Below are positions 54,150 to 62,023 of a stretch of 64,000 nucleotides of DNA, in pieces; position 1 is the stretch's first letter; each line of letters starts with the position of its first letter. This DNA comes from Gammaproteobacteria bacterium (GTDB lineage Bacteria; Pseudomonadota; Gammaproteobacteria; GCA-001735895), in contig JBNKUM010000094.1 of NCBI GenBank assembly GCA_050298595.1, forward strand, positions 32,001-96,000, in the 5' to 3' direction. A program made the translations under genes and the position numbers. A model generated the notes under the pieces. The model saw only the letters and a program-made list of their open reading frames with translations, ran no database searches and was not told the origin of the DNA.

Positions 54150-55898
54150 ATGGCTTTCCGAAAAAAAATACGCTTAGGCGATCTACTGGTAGAAAAAGGC
54201 TTAATTACTGAAGATCAGTTAATCCTGGCATTACAGGAACAAAAAAAGCTGGGTCGTAAGCTAGGTAGTACGCTGGTAGAGCTAGGCATGATTGATGAGC
54301 AGAGTATTTTAAACCTGCTTTCAAGTCAGCTGGCGATTCCACTGGTGGATTTAAGAAATTATACCTATGATGAAAATGTCGTTAGAACGCTTTCAGAAAG
54401 TATTGCGAGAAGATATCGGGCCATAGTGCTGGAAGACAGAGCTTCTGATTATCTGGTGGGTATGGCTGACCCAACCGATTTGTACGCACTAGATGAAATT
54501 CAGGAGAAGCTATCCAAGCCGGTGAGCCAGGCAATAGTTCGTGAAGGAGATTTATTACAAACCTTTGACAAGGTTTATCGTCGTACAGAAGAAATTAGTG
54601 CATTAGCCGAGGAGCTGGGTCAGGAATTATCCAGTGGCAGTGCCGAACTAACAAATCTACTGCAAGCCGAAATGACCGATGCTCCGGTCGCCAAGTTATT
54701 GCAGTCTATCTTTGAAGATGCAGTGCAGGTGAACGCCTCAGATATTCATATCGAACCGGATAAAAGTGTTATCCGCATACGGCAGCGTATAGATGGTATT
54801 CTGTATGAGCAGGTGATGAAAGAGATACAGATTGCTCCAGCAGTGGTTGTTCGTTTGAAGTTAATGGCTGGCCTGAATATTTCTGAAAAAAGATTACCTC
54901 AGGATGGTCGATTTCAAATGACTGTCAATGGGCGAGATATCGATGTGCGTTTATCGACCATGCCGGTACAGTATGGTGAGTCGGTGGTTATGCGTTTACT
55001 CGACCAAACCCGTGGTGCATTGAATATTGAGCAGCTGGGTATGCCGCCTGAGCTACTAAAAAGGTTTCGTAAGAATTTTCATTTACCCCATGGTATGGTG
55101 CTGGTAACAGGGCCAACCGGTAGTGGTAAAACGACTTCATTATATGCAGCGCTTAGTGAATTAAATAAGGCTGAATCCAAAATCATCACAGTTGAAGATC
55201 CGGTTGAATACCGACTAAGTCGAATCAGTCAGGTTCAGGTAAATCCTAAGATAGGACTGAATTTTGCCTCGGTGCTTCGGTCAGCACTACGTCAGGATCC
55301 AGATATCATCATGGTGGGTGAGATGCGTGATCGTGAAACGGTAGAAATAGGGGTCAGTGCGGCAATGACAGGGCATCTGGTGCTATCTACCTTGCATACC
55401 AATGATACGGTTTCTACTGCCACACGCTTGCTGGATATGGGTGTAGAAGGCTATCTGCTGGCGACTACCTTGCGTTCGGTAATCGCTCAGCGACTGATTA
55501 GAAAGGTTTGCAGTAATTGTGCCGATACCTACATCCCTGACGTTTTTGAAACCACCTGGATCAGGGATCAACTGCATCTCGAAGCCAGCAAATTTCAATA
55601 CAAGTCAGGTAAAGGTTGTAACCATTGTGGGTTCACCGGCTATCAAGGACGTATGGGTGTTTACGAATTACTGGAAATGAATTCAGAACTGGCTGAAACC
55701 TTGCGCCGTGATGATACGCAGGGGTTTGTTGAAGCAGCTGCAAGAGCACCAGGTTATCAACCCCTGGTCAATGTTGCGCACGATTATGCCACTCGAGGAT
55801 GGACAACCGTTGATGAAATTCTAAAGCTGGCAGGACAGTCGCGAGATGAATTGCTCGATGAGCCTGTGCTAGAGCTTGAGCTGGAGCCGGGTGAATAA
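54150..55898 (+). CDS. mshE: MSHA pilus assembly ATPase MshE with MshEN c-di-GMP-binding domain
   Basis: Tandem motifs RLGDLLVEKGLI..L..ALQEQ and KLGSTLVELGMI; GPTGSGKT, TVEDPVE, RQDPD..GEMRD, tetra-Cys (CSNC, CNHC). Confidence 0.93.
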   Translation: MAFRKKIRLGDLLVEKGLITEDQLILALQEQKKLGRKLGSTLVELGMIDEQSILNLLSSQLAIPLVDLRNYTYDENVVRTLSESIARRYRAIVLEDRASDYLVGMADPTDLYALDEIQEKLSKPVSQAIVREGDLLQTFDKVYRRTEEISALAEELGQELSSGSAELTNLLQAEMTDAPVAKLLQSIFEDAVQVNASDIHIEPDKSVIRIRQRIDGILYEQVMKEIQIAPAVVVRLKLMAGLNISEKRLPQDGRFQMTVNGRDIDVRLSTMPVQYGESVVMRLLDQTRGALNIEQLGMPPELLKRFRKNFHLPHGMVLVTGPTGSGKTTSLYAALSELNKAESKIITVEDPVEYRLSRISQVQVNPKIGLNFASVLRSALRQDPDIIMVGEMRDRETVEIGVSAAMTGHLVLSTLHTNDTVSTATRLLDMGVEGYLLATTLRSVIAQRLIRKVCSNCADTYIPDVFETTWIRDQLHLEASKFQYKSGKGCNHCGFTGYQGRMGVYELLEMNSELAETLRRDDTQGFVEAAARAPGYQPLVNVAHDYATRGWTTVDEILKLAGQSRDELLDEPVLELELEPGE

Positions 55899-57121
55899 TG
55901 CCTTTATATAGTTACAAGGGCAGGCATCAAAACGGCGAGCTGGCTGAAGGCGAGCTGGAGGCATTAAATAGCAATGCGGTAGCCGGCCAGTTAATGGATA
56001 AAGGCGTTACTCCTTTAACTATCATAGAAAAAAAACAACAGGTCGATGTCATAGATCAGATCAAGGAAAAGCTGGATCTGTATCAGGTAAGTATAGAAGA
56101 GTTATTGATGTTCACCCGTCAGATGGGCGCCTTGCTGAAGGCGGGTATTCCAGTAACCCGCGCCATAACCGGTATACTGGAATCGATCAGCAATCCGTTG
56201 ATGGTTAAGGCGTTAAAAGATACTAACGAACAGCTTGAATCAGGGCGCAGTCTTTCAATTGCTTTTGCACGGCACCCCAGGGTTTTTAGTAATCTGTATA
56301 TCAGTATGATCCAGGTAGGAGAAAATACCGGAAAGCTGGACGGTGCATTTAACCAGATGGCAACCTATATCGATCGTAACAGGCGTATGAGTCATAACAT
56401 CTCTGCTGCTTTGCGTTATCCGACTATTGTGATAATGGCAATTGTCATTGCGCTGGCTATTGTAAATTTATTTGTGATTCCCAAGTTTGCTTCATTCTTT
56501 GAAGCAAATCATCTGGAACTACCCTGGCAGACGATTGTGTTGCTCAATACCTCTAACTTTTTTGTAGCATATTGGCCGTATATACTGGTTCTGGGTATTA
56601 TCTTATGGGTGGCGTTTAAAAAGTATATCTCGACAGTTAAAGGTCGCTATAAATGGCATCAGTTTATCCTTAGAACACCGGTAATTGGTGAAATTTTACT
56701 GCGCGCCTATCTGGCACGCTTTGCACGTTCTTTCTCTATGGCTTATGGTGCTGGAGTACCCATTGTGCAAGGTATGGGGGTAATATCGCGTTCGGTTGGT
56801 AACGATTATATCGCCGACCATGTGTCCAATATGCGCGAAGGCATAGAGCGTGGTGAGCCCTTGACCCTGACTGCGCAGAAAACAGGCATGTTCACCCCAG
56901 TAGTTATGCAAATGTTTGCAGTGGGTGAAGAGGCCGGTAATCTGGAAGAGATGATGGATTATATTGCAGACTTTTACGAGGAAGAGGTGGATTACGATGT
57001 TAAAACCCTGTCAGATAAACTGGAACCCCTGATTTATGTATTTGTCGGCGCGCTGGTATTGATTCTGGCAATGGGAATCTTTGTGCCAATGTGGGATATC
57101 GCGCAACTGGCTGGAAAATGA
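55898..57121 (+). CDS. mshG: MSHA platform protein MshG (GspF/PilC family)
   Basis: FTRQM..LLKAGIP, VGENTGKLD, ALRYP, VGEEAG.L, IFVPMWD. Confidence 0.92.
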   Translation: MPLYSYKGRHQNGELAEGELEALNSNAVAGQLMDKGVTPLTIIEKKQQVDVIDQIKEKLDLYQVSIEELLMFTRQMGALLKAGIPVTRAITGILESISNPLMVKALKDTNEQLESGRSLSIAFARHPRVFSNLYISMIQVGENTGKLDGAFNQMATYIDRNRRMSHNISAALRYPTIVIMAIVIALAIVNLFVIPKFASFFEANHLELPWQTIVLLNTSNFFVAYWPYILVLGIILWVAFKKYISTVKGRYKWHQFILRTPVIGEILLRAYLARFARSFSMAYGAGVPIVQGMGVISRSVGNDYIADHVSNMREGIERGEPLTLTAQKTGMFTPVVMQMFAVGEEAGNLEEMMDYIADFYEEEVDYDVKTLSDKLEPLIYVFVGALVLILAMGIFVPMWDIAQLAGK

Positions 57122-57603
57122 ATCAAGTCACCTCGAATCCGGGTGCTTCCCGGTTCCGCTCTATCTTGGCTTTAATTGTCTTTCTTGCCTGTTTCTCTAT
57201 TTTTCTGCTCTATACCGCTGATGTATCAAAGAAAGTGGATAAAATTGCAAGGGAAAGGGTGATCAATGAAATCAATGTCGCCCTATCAATGCGCCTGTTC
57301 CAGTCTACGATTGAAGGTACTTTAGGTGAACTTTCTAAAATTCATAAAAAGAACCCCTTTATTATATTAAACGGCAAGGATTACCAGGTCCCTGAAGACT
57401 ATATGGGGCAGATAAGTGACAAAGAAACACCTCGGATTTCCGGTTGGTACTATGATAAGGAGCAGGAAAATATTTTTTACTGGGATGGTGATGCTCGTTT
57501 ATTTCAATACCAGTTACAGTTCCTGTATCGAGATGCCAACAACTCAGGGCGCTATGAGTCGAGTGAAGATGTTATTGAAAACCTGAAAATGGTTAGTCAA
57601 TAA
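57118..57603 (+). CDS. MshF-like protein
   Basis: ATGA overlap with mshG; N-terminal TM helix after a degenerate prepilin-like G-x-S-R-F; NPF..YMG..GWYYD pattern; position after mshG. Confidence 0.6.
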   Translation: MNQVTSNPGASRFRSILALIVFLACFSIFLLYTADVSKKVDKIARERVINEINVALSMRLFQSTIEGTLGELSKIHKKNPFIILNGKDYQVPEDYMGQISDKETPRISGWYYDKEQENIFYWDGDARLFQYQLQFLYRDANNSGRYESSEDVIENLKMVSQ

Positions 57604-57604
57604 G

Positions 57605-57635
57605 AAAGCCGTATAAAGTATTTATACGGCTTTTT
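57605..57635. terminator. Bidirectional intrinsic terminator between the MshF-like gene and the inverted mshA
   Basis: 13-bp stem AAAGCCGTATAAA-GTA-TTTATACGGCTTT; TTTTT tail on +, TTTCTT tail on -. Confidence 0.85.
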
Positions 57636-57646
57636 ATTGTTATATA

Positions 57647-58099
57647 TTAAGGTATTACACCTGTACAAATGATGGTTGCAACGCTGGCCGCTGTGCCCTG
57701 AGTGTTATTTACAGAACATTTAAAGGTTTGACCTGCGGTACAGGCAGCATCTTCAGTAGTAATATCACCACCAGTTGTGCCTGTTATGATGGCATATTGG
57801 TAGTTGGAAGTTGGAGCGCTACCGCTAGCCATTAGGGCATCTAATGATGAAGAAGGGCTAGTTCCAGTACTAATGCAATCTGCAGTGGCAATTGCGGTGG
57901 GAGATGCACCAACTGCACTGGCTGCGAAATTTATCGCAGCGGCTGATGACAATTCTGATGCAAGACCTTGTGCGGCAGCGTTAGCGGCCTCGGCGGATAA
58001 ATTCTGAAACTTACCCAGTGCAGTGACACCAAGAATACCCAGTAATACGATTACCACCACCAGTTCTATGAGTGTGAAACCGCTTTGTGATCTTTTCAT
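57647..58099 (-). CDS. mshA: MSHA-type major pilin, opposite strand to the rest of the cluster
   Basis: Class III signal [33 protein letters not shown] (MshA-like), four Cys, own SD (AAGGT). Major-pilin identity is inferred from size, sequence and position; MshB is not fully excluded. Confidence 0.8.
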   Translation of the reverse strand: MKRSQSGFTLIELVVVIVLLGILGVTALGKFQNLSAEAANAAAQGLASELSSAAAINFAASAVGASPTAIATADCISTGTSPSSSLDALMASGSAPTSNYQYAIITGTTGGDITTEDAACTAGQTFKCSVNNTQGTAASVATIICTGVIP

Positions 58100-58183
58100 A
58101 ATAAAATACCTTTAAAGGTGTTAAATGGATTTAGCAGTCTGTTTTTTACTTTTAAAGTTAAAGTAATATACTTATTGAGTGCT

Positions 58184-58205
58184 TTAAGTGAATGATTTCA
58201 CATTA
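58184..58205. promoter_or_regulatory. CRP/Vfr/Clp-type binding site in the mshA/mshC divergent promoter region
   Basis: Minus strand TAA-TGTGA-AATCAT-TCACT-TAA against the consensus TGTGA-N6-TCACA: 9 of 10 core positions match, with AT-rich flanks. Confidence 0.65.
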
Positions 58206-58228
58206 TAAATAGACCATAGGTTCAGTAA

Positions 58229-58699
58229 ATGCAAGGTGGATATCATAAAGGTTTTACATTAATCGAATTGATTTCGGTTGTTATTCTTTTATCCATACTT
58301 GGTGTGGCGGCTTTTTCACGCTTAGGTAATATGAACCAGTTTGAGACAAGGGCATTTTATAACGATACGGTGACTGCTCTGAGGTATGCGCAAAAGTTAG
58401 CGATTAGTACCGGTTGTAATGTGCAGGCAACACTGACCGCTAACAGTTATGCGTTGAACCAGCGTCAGATAGATTGTAAAAATGGCACTTATACGCGACC
58501 GGTCCTTAATCCTGCAAATCGAGCGCAAAATTATACGGCCAACGTCCCTGCGGGAAGTGGTATCACTATCAGTCCAGCTGCGGTTTTTGTGTTCACACCT
58601 CAATCCACGGTAACGGGTCTTGCAGCTAACACGGATTTCACCATTGATGGTCGAACATTCACTGTGTTCCCGCTTTCAGGTTTAATCAATGTGCCGTAA
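58229..58699 (+). CDS. mshC: MSHA minor pilin MshC
   Basis: KG/FTLIELI, ALRYAQKLA, C-terminal ..SGLI. Confidence 0.82.
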   Translation: MQGGYHKGFTLIELISVVILLSILGVAAFSRLGNMNQFETRAFYNDTVTALRYAQKLAISTGCNVQATLTANSYALNQRQIDCKNGTYTRPVLNPANRAQNYTANVPAGSGITISPAAVFVFTPQSTVTGLAANTDFTIDGRTFTVFPLSGLINVP

Positions 58700-59150
58700 T
58701 TCCATTAGCAAGTTTTCGGCTTTTACCCTGATAGAGATTCTCGTCACTATCGTGGTGATCAGTATTGCAGGCACCGCGTTAATGGGTGTGTATACCAGTA
58801 TGGTGGCTAAAAGCGCCGATCCAATTATCCAGCAGCAGGCATTGGCGATTGCAGAAGCTTATATGGAGGAAATTCGTCTAAAGGCATTTACTGACCCAGA
58901 TGGGGTTGGAGGCGAAATACGAGCTAATTTTGATGATATTCTGGATTACAATAATTTGCCAGATGCAAACGTGCGAGACCAAAATGGTGCTGTGATCCCT
59001 TCCTTATCGGCTTATAGTGTGGCGGTTACAGTGGCCGCCGCACCTTTCGCAGGTATTCCTGTGGCAGATTCAATGCGCATAGATGTAGTGGTTGGTCACC
59101 CTGCAATCTCCCCCATTACTCTGTCCAGCTTCAGGACGAGTTACAGATGA
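58689..59150 (+). CDS. mshD: MSHA minor pilin MshD
   Basis: A/FTLIEIL, SADP..QA..IAEAYMEEI..KAF, FDDILDY, LSSFRT.Y. Confidence 0.85.
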   Translation: MCRNSISKFSAFTLIEILVTIVVISIAGTALMGVYTSMVAKSADPIIQQQALAIAEAYMEEIRLKAFTDPDGVGGEIRANFDDILDYNNLPDANVRDQNGAVIPSLSAYSVAVTVAAAPFAGIPVADSMRIDVVVGHPAISPITLSSFRTSYR

Positions 59151-60031
59151 ACAGGCAGCACGCTTTTACCTTAATTGAATTAATCGTCGTGGTTGTACTG
59201 TTGGGTATTATGGCTGCTGGAGCCGGCATGTTAATTTCTAAACCCATTGAAGCCTATAGCGACCAGCTGCGCAGGCAGCAACTGGTAGATTCGGCTGAAA
59301 TGTCATTGCGTAAGATCACTACAGATATTCGACGAGCCCTGCCCAATAGTATCCGTATTACCAATAATCAACCAGTAGGATGGGCTTTGGAGATGGTCAA
59401 TACGGTTGATGCTGCGCGATATCGTGATGAAGCTGGTGGGGCTTTTACGCAACCGGCTCAGATTCTGGATTTCTCTGCGCCAGATAATAGCTTTAATCTG
59501 CTGGGCCGGTTTTCGGTGCTGGATATTGGGGCGACAGCGGCGGGTTACCCTGCTGTTTTTCCTCTCCTCCGTGCAGTGGTATATAACACTGATAACGCTA
59601 CTATTTACACTCAGGCTGCGCTCGGAACTAACCCCGGCATTATTAGTGCTGCCGGAATAACAGTGGGTATTAATGGTATCGAGGAGAATGTGACTCTTAC
59701 AGCGTCACATCAATTCAGTCTTCAATCGCCGGAGCAAAGGGTTTTTCTGGTGGATGGGCCTGTGAGTTATATCTGTGATACCACAACAGGGCAGTTAACC
59801 CGCTATACCGGATACGCTTTTCAGGCAGCACAAGCGAGTACTGATTTGGCGCTAGGGCTGGCTGGGGCGACAGGGGGAACTGTAGCCACTCAGGTAAGTT
59901 CGTGTAGTATCGACTATGATCCCGGTACCGCGCAAAGGGCCGGCATGATTACGCTTGGAGTTTCATTAACCGATGCACAGAGTGAAAGTGTCAGCCTGTT
60001 GCAACAGGTGCATGTGGATAACCAGCCATGA
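59147..60031 (+). CDS. mshO: MSHA minor pilin MshO
   Basis: A/FTLIEL, DIRRALPNSIR, SPEQR.F.V..PVSY.C, C-terminal QVHVDNQP. Confidence 0.88.
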   Translation: MNRQHAFTLIELIVVVVLLGIMAAGAGMLISKPIEAYSDQLRRQQLVDSAEMSLRKITTDIRRALPNSIRITNNQPVGWALEMVNTVDAARYRDEAGGAFTQPAQILDFSAPDNSFNLLGRFSVLDIGATAAGYPAVFPLLRAVVYNTDNATIYTQAALGTNPGIISAAGITVGINGIEENVTLTASHQFSLQSPEQRVFLVDGPVSYICDTTTGQLTRYTGYAFQAAQASTDLALGLAGATGGTVATQVSSCSIDYDPGTAQRAGMITLGVSLTDAQSESVSLLQQVHVDNQP

Positions 60032-60471
60032 TGAGAGCGACACAAAAAGGTTTTTCGCTGGTTACTGCAATCTTTCTGCTAGTGGTATTGGCGGGGTTGT
60101 TGGGGTATATGGTCAACCTAAGCGTGGTTCAGCATAATACTGTCGCCATGGCTGTTAGAGGCGCCCAGGCAATGCAGGCGGCGCGTTCGGCGCTGGATTA
60201 TGCGATCTTTCAGGTATTGCCGCTTCCCGGTGGAGGAGGATGTGCCATAGTTGCAGGAAATGTAGGCTTTATTGGAGCTGGACCCGCATTGGCGCCGTAT
60301 AACGTGCGGTTGATCTGTATTGAATCCACTCATATAGAAGGTGTTACTCCGTTTACCGTGTATGAGCTGACGGCAGAGGCCACTAGTGGCGCTTATGCTT
60401 CAGGCGCAAACGCTAACCCAGATTATGTTTCACGCAGAATACGCGCTACAGTCTCAACTCCGCCACCTTAA
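60028..60471 (+). CDS. mshP: MSHA minor pilin MshP
   Basis: KG/FSLVTAIFLLVVLA (no Glu5), A.QAARS.L, YVSRRI. Confidence 0.85.
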   Translation: MMRATQKGFSLVTAIFLLVVLAGLLGYMVNLSVVQHNTVAMAVRGAQAMQAARSALDYAIFQVLPLPGGGGCAIVAGNVGFIGAGPALAPYNVRLICIESTHIEGVTPFTVYELTAEATSGAYASGANANPDYVSRRIRATVSTPPP

Positions 60472-60574
60472 AAACGCCTGAAATATCAATAATTTCTGAA
60501 TCAGTGTTAAAGTACGGTTTGAGTCGTTGAGATTTCAACAGTATACTGTAATAACTATTTTTTAGTGATATCCC

Positions 60575-62017
60575 ATGAACTCCGTATCAAACCAGCATCC
60601 CACTCTTTTATTGGTCGATGATGATTCGATTATTGCGGAGAGCCTCGAGTACGTCTTAAGTGATGAGTACGATGTAAAAATTGCTTATGATCGGCTCAAT
60701 TGTATCCAGGTTCTAGCAAGCTATCAGACGCCTCCCCAGCTGGCTCTGGTTGACCTGGGGCTACCCCCGGATACACATAAACCTGATGAAGGCTTTGCGG
60801 TCATTGAATATCTTCATGAACATTTTCCAATGACTCAGATTATTGTTTTATCGGGTCAGGATGAGCATAAATATGTCGAAAGTGCAAAAAAGCTGGGTGC
60901 TGTAGATTTTATTTCCAAGCCCTGTGATGTAGCAGCTCTTAAAGCGCGCTTAAGCCCCTATCTGAGCAAAGATAGAAATAATGAGCCTGAGCAACGACCG
61001 CTGAAGGGCATAGTCGGAGAGAGTCCTGCTATTGAATTATTACGCATGCAGATCAGACAGCTGGCCGACTCTCCTTACCCGGTGTTAATAGAAGGGGCCT
61101 CAGGTAGTGGTAAGGAGTTGGCAGCTCATTATTTGCATAACCTGAGTGTTAGAGAATCCAGTCCATTTTTTACATTGAATTGTGCGGCTTTTAATGGTGA
61201 GTTACTGGAGTCTCAGTTGTTTGGCCATGTGAGAGGTGCATTTACCGGGGCGACTGATTCAAAAAATGGTTTTTTTGAAGAGGCTGGTGATGGCACATTG
61301 CTGCTTGATGAAATCGCCGATTTACCGCTCGATTTGCAGGCAAAATTACTGCGCGTACTGGAAAACGGTGAATACTACCGCCTGGGTGAGACTCGTGCGC
61401 GCACCTCTACTGCTCGAGTGCTGGCAGCCAGCAACAAAGATTTGCTGGCAGCTATTGATAGCGGACAATTTAGAGAAGATCTCTACCATCGCCTCAGTGT
61501 ACTCACATTGCGAGTTCCCACTCTGCATGAGCGAAGAGAGGATAAGTTGGTATTACTTGACCATTTTCAGCAATTAGTAAACCCCCAAACTCAGGGCTTT
61601 GTACTGGATGAAGACGCTAAAGCACTGTGGATGGAGTATGAATTCCCCGGCAATGTGCGAGAATTGCGCAATATAGTTATTCGATTGTCAGCTAAGTATC
61701 CCGGCCAAACCATCAAGCGCTCGGTGCTGGAGATTGAGATGACAGGTAAAAGGGTGCGGAGTACTGGGCTGAACGAGGATGACATGTTCCTGAAAAACCT
61801 ACATTCAGGAGATTTTCAGTTAAATGAAGAGTTAAAGCGTGTGGAGCAGCACTATATCGAACTCGCGCTAAAAGAAAGTTCGAATAACATGAGTAAAGCG
61901 GCTGCGCTACTGGGTGTCAACCGCTCTACACTATATGGGCGAATGGAACGTACTGGAGAATTAAAAGCAACTGGTATGAGAAATGATCTGGATTTCAACA
62001 ATAAAGGGTTAGGGTGA
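60575..62017 (+). CDS. Sigma-54-dependent response regulator (NtrC family: receiver, AAA+, Fis HTH)
   Basis: LVDDD, DLGLPP, SKP receiver motifs; GASGSGKE, ESQLFGHVRGAFTGA, LLDEI, FREDLYHRL, PGNVREL; HTH AALLGVNRSTLY. Confidence 0.93.
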   Translation: MNSVSNQHPTLLLVDDDSIIAESLEYVLSDEYDVKIAYDRLNCIQVLASYQTPPQLALVDLGLPPDTHKPDEGFAVIEYLHEHFPMTQIIVLSGQDEHKYVESAKKLGAVDFISKPCDVAALKARLSPYLSKDRNNEPEQRPLKGIVGESPAIELLRMQIRQLADSPYPVLIEGASGSGKELAAHYLHNLSVRESSPFFTLNCAAFNGELLESQLFGHVRGAFTGATDSKNGFFEEAGDGTLLLDEIADLPLDLQAKLLRVLENGEYYRLGETRARTSTARVLAASNKDLLAAIDSGQFREDLYHRLSVLTLRVPTLHERREDKLVLLDHFQQLVNPQTQGFVLDEDAKALWMEYEFPGNVRELRNIVIRLSAKYPGQTIKRSVLEIEMTGKRVRSTGLNEDDMFLKNLHSGDFQLNEELKRVEQHYIELALKESSNNMSKAAALLGVNRSTLYGRMERTGELKATGMRNDLDFNNKGLG

Positions 62018-62023
62018 TTACCT

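Noticed and set aside
58099-58126. AGGTGTTAAAT next to mshA resembling the XerD arm of a dif site
   Set aside because: Only 8 of 11 positions match, with no XerC arm and no partner site on the other flank.
60526-60549. Palindromes GTTGA-GATT-TCAAC and ACAGTATACTGT upstream of the sigma-54 regulator, as FNR or shared operator sites
   Set aside because: The spacing does not fit FNR (TTGAT-N4-ATCAA). The AGTATACT core shared with the soxY promoter is most simply a TATACT -10 element. No GG-N10-GC sigma-54 promoter was found here.
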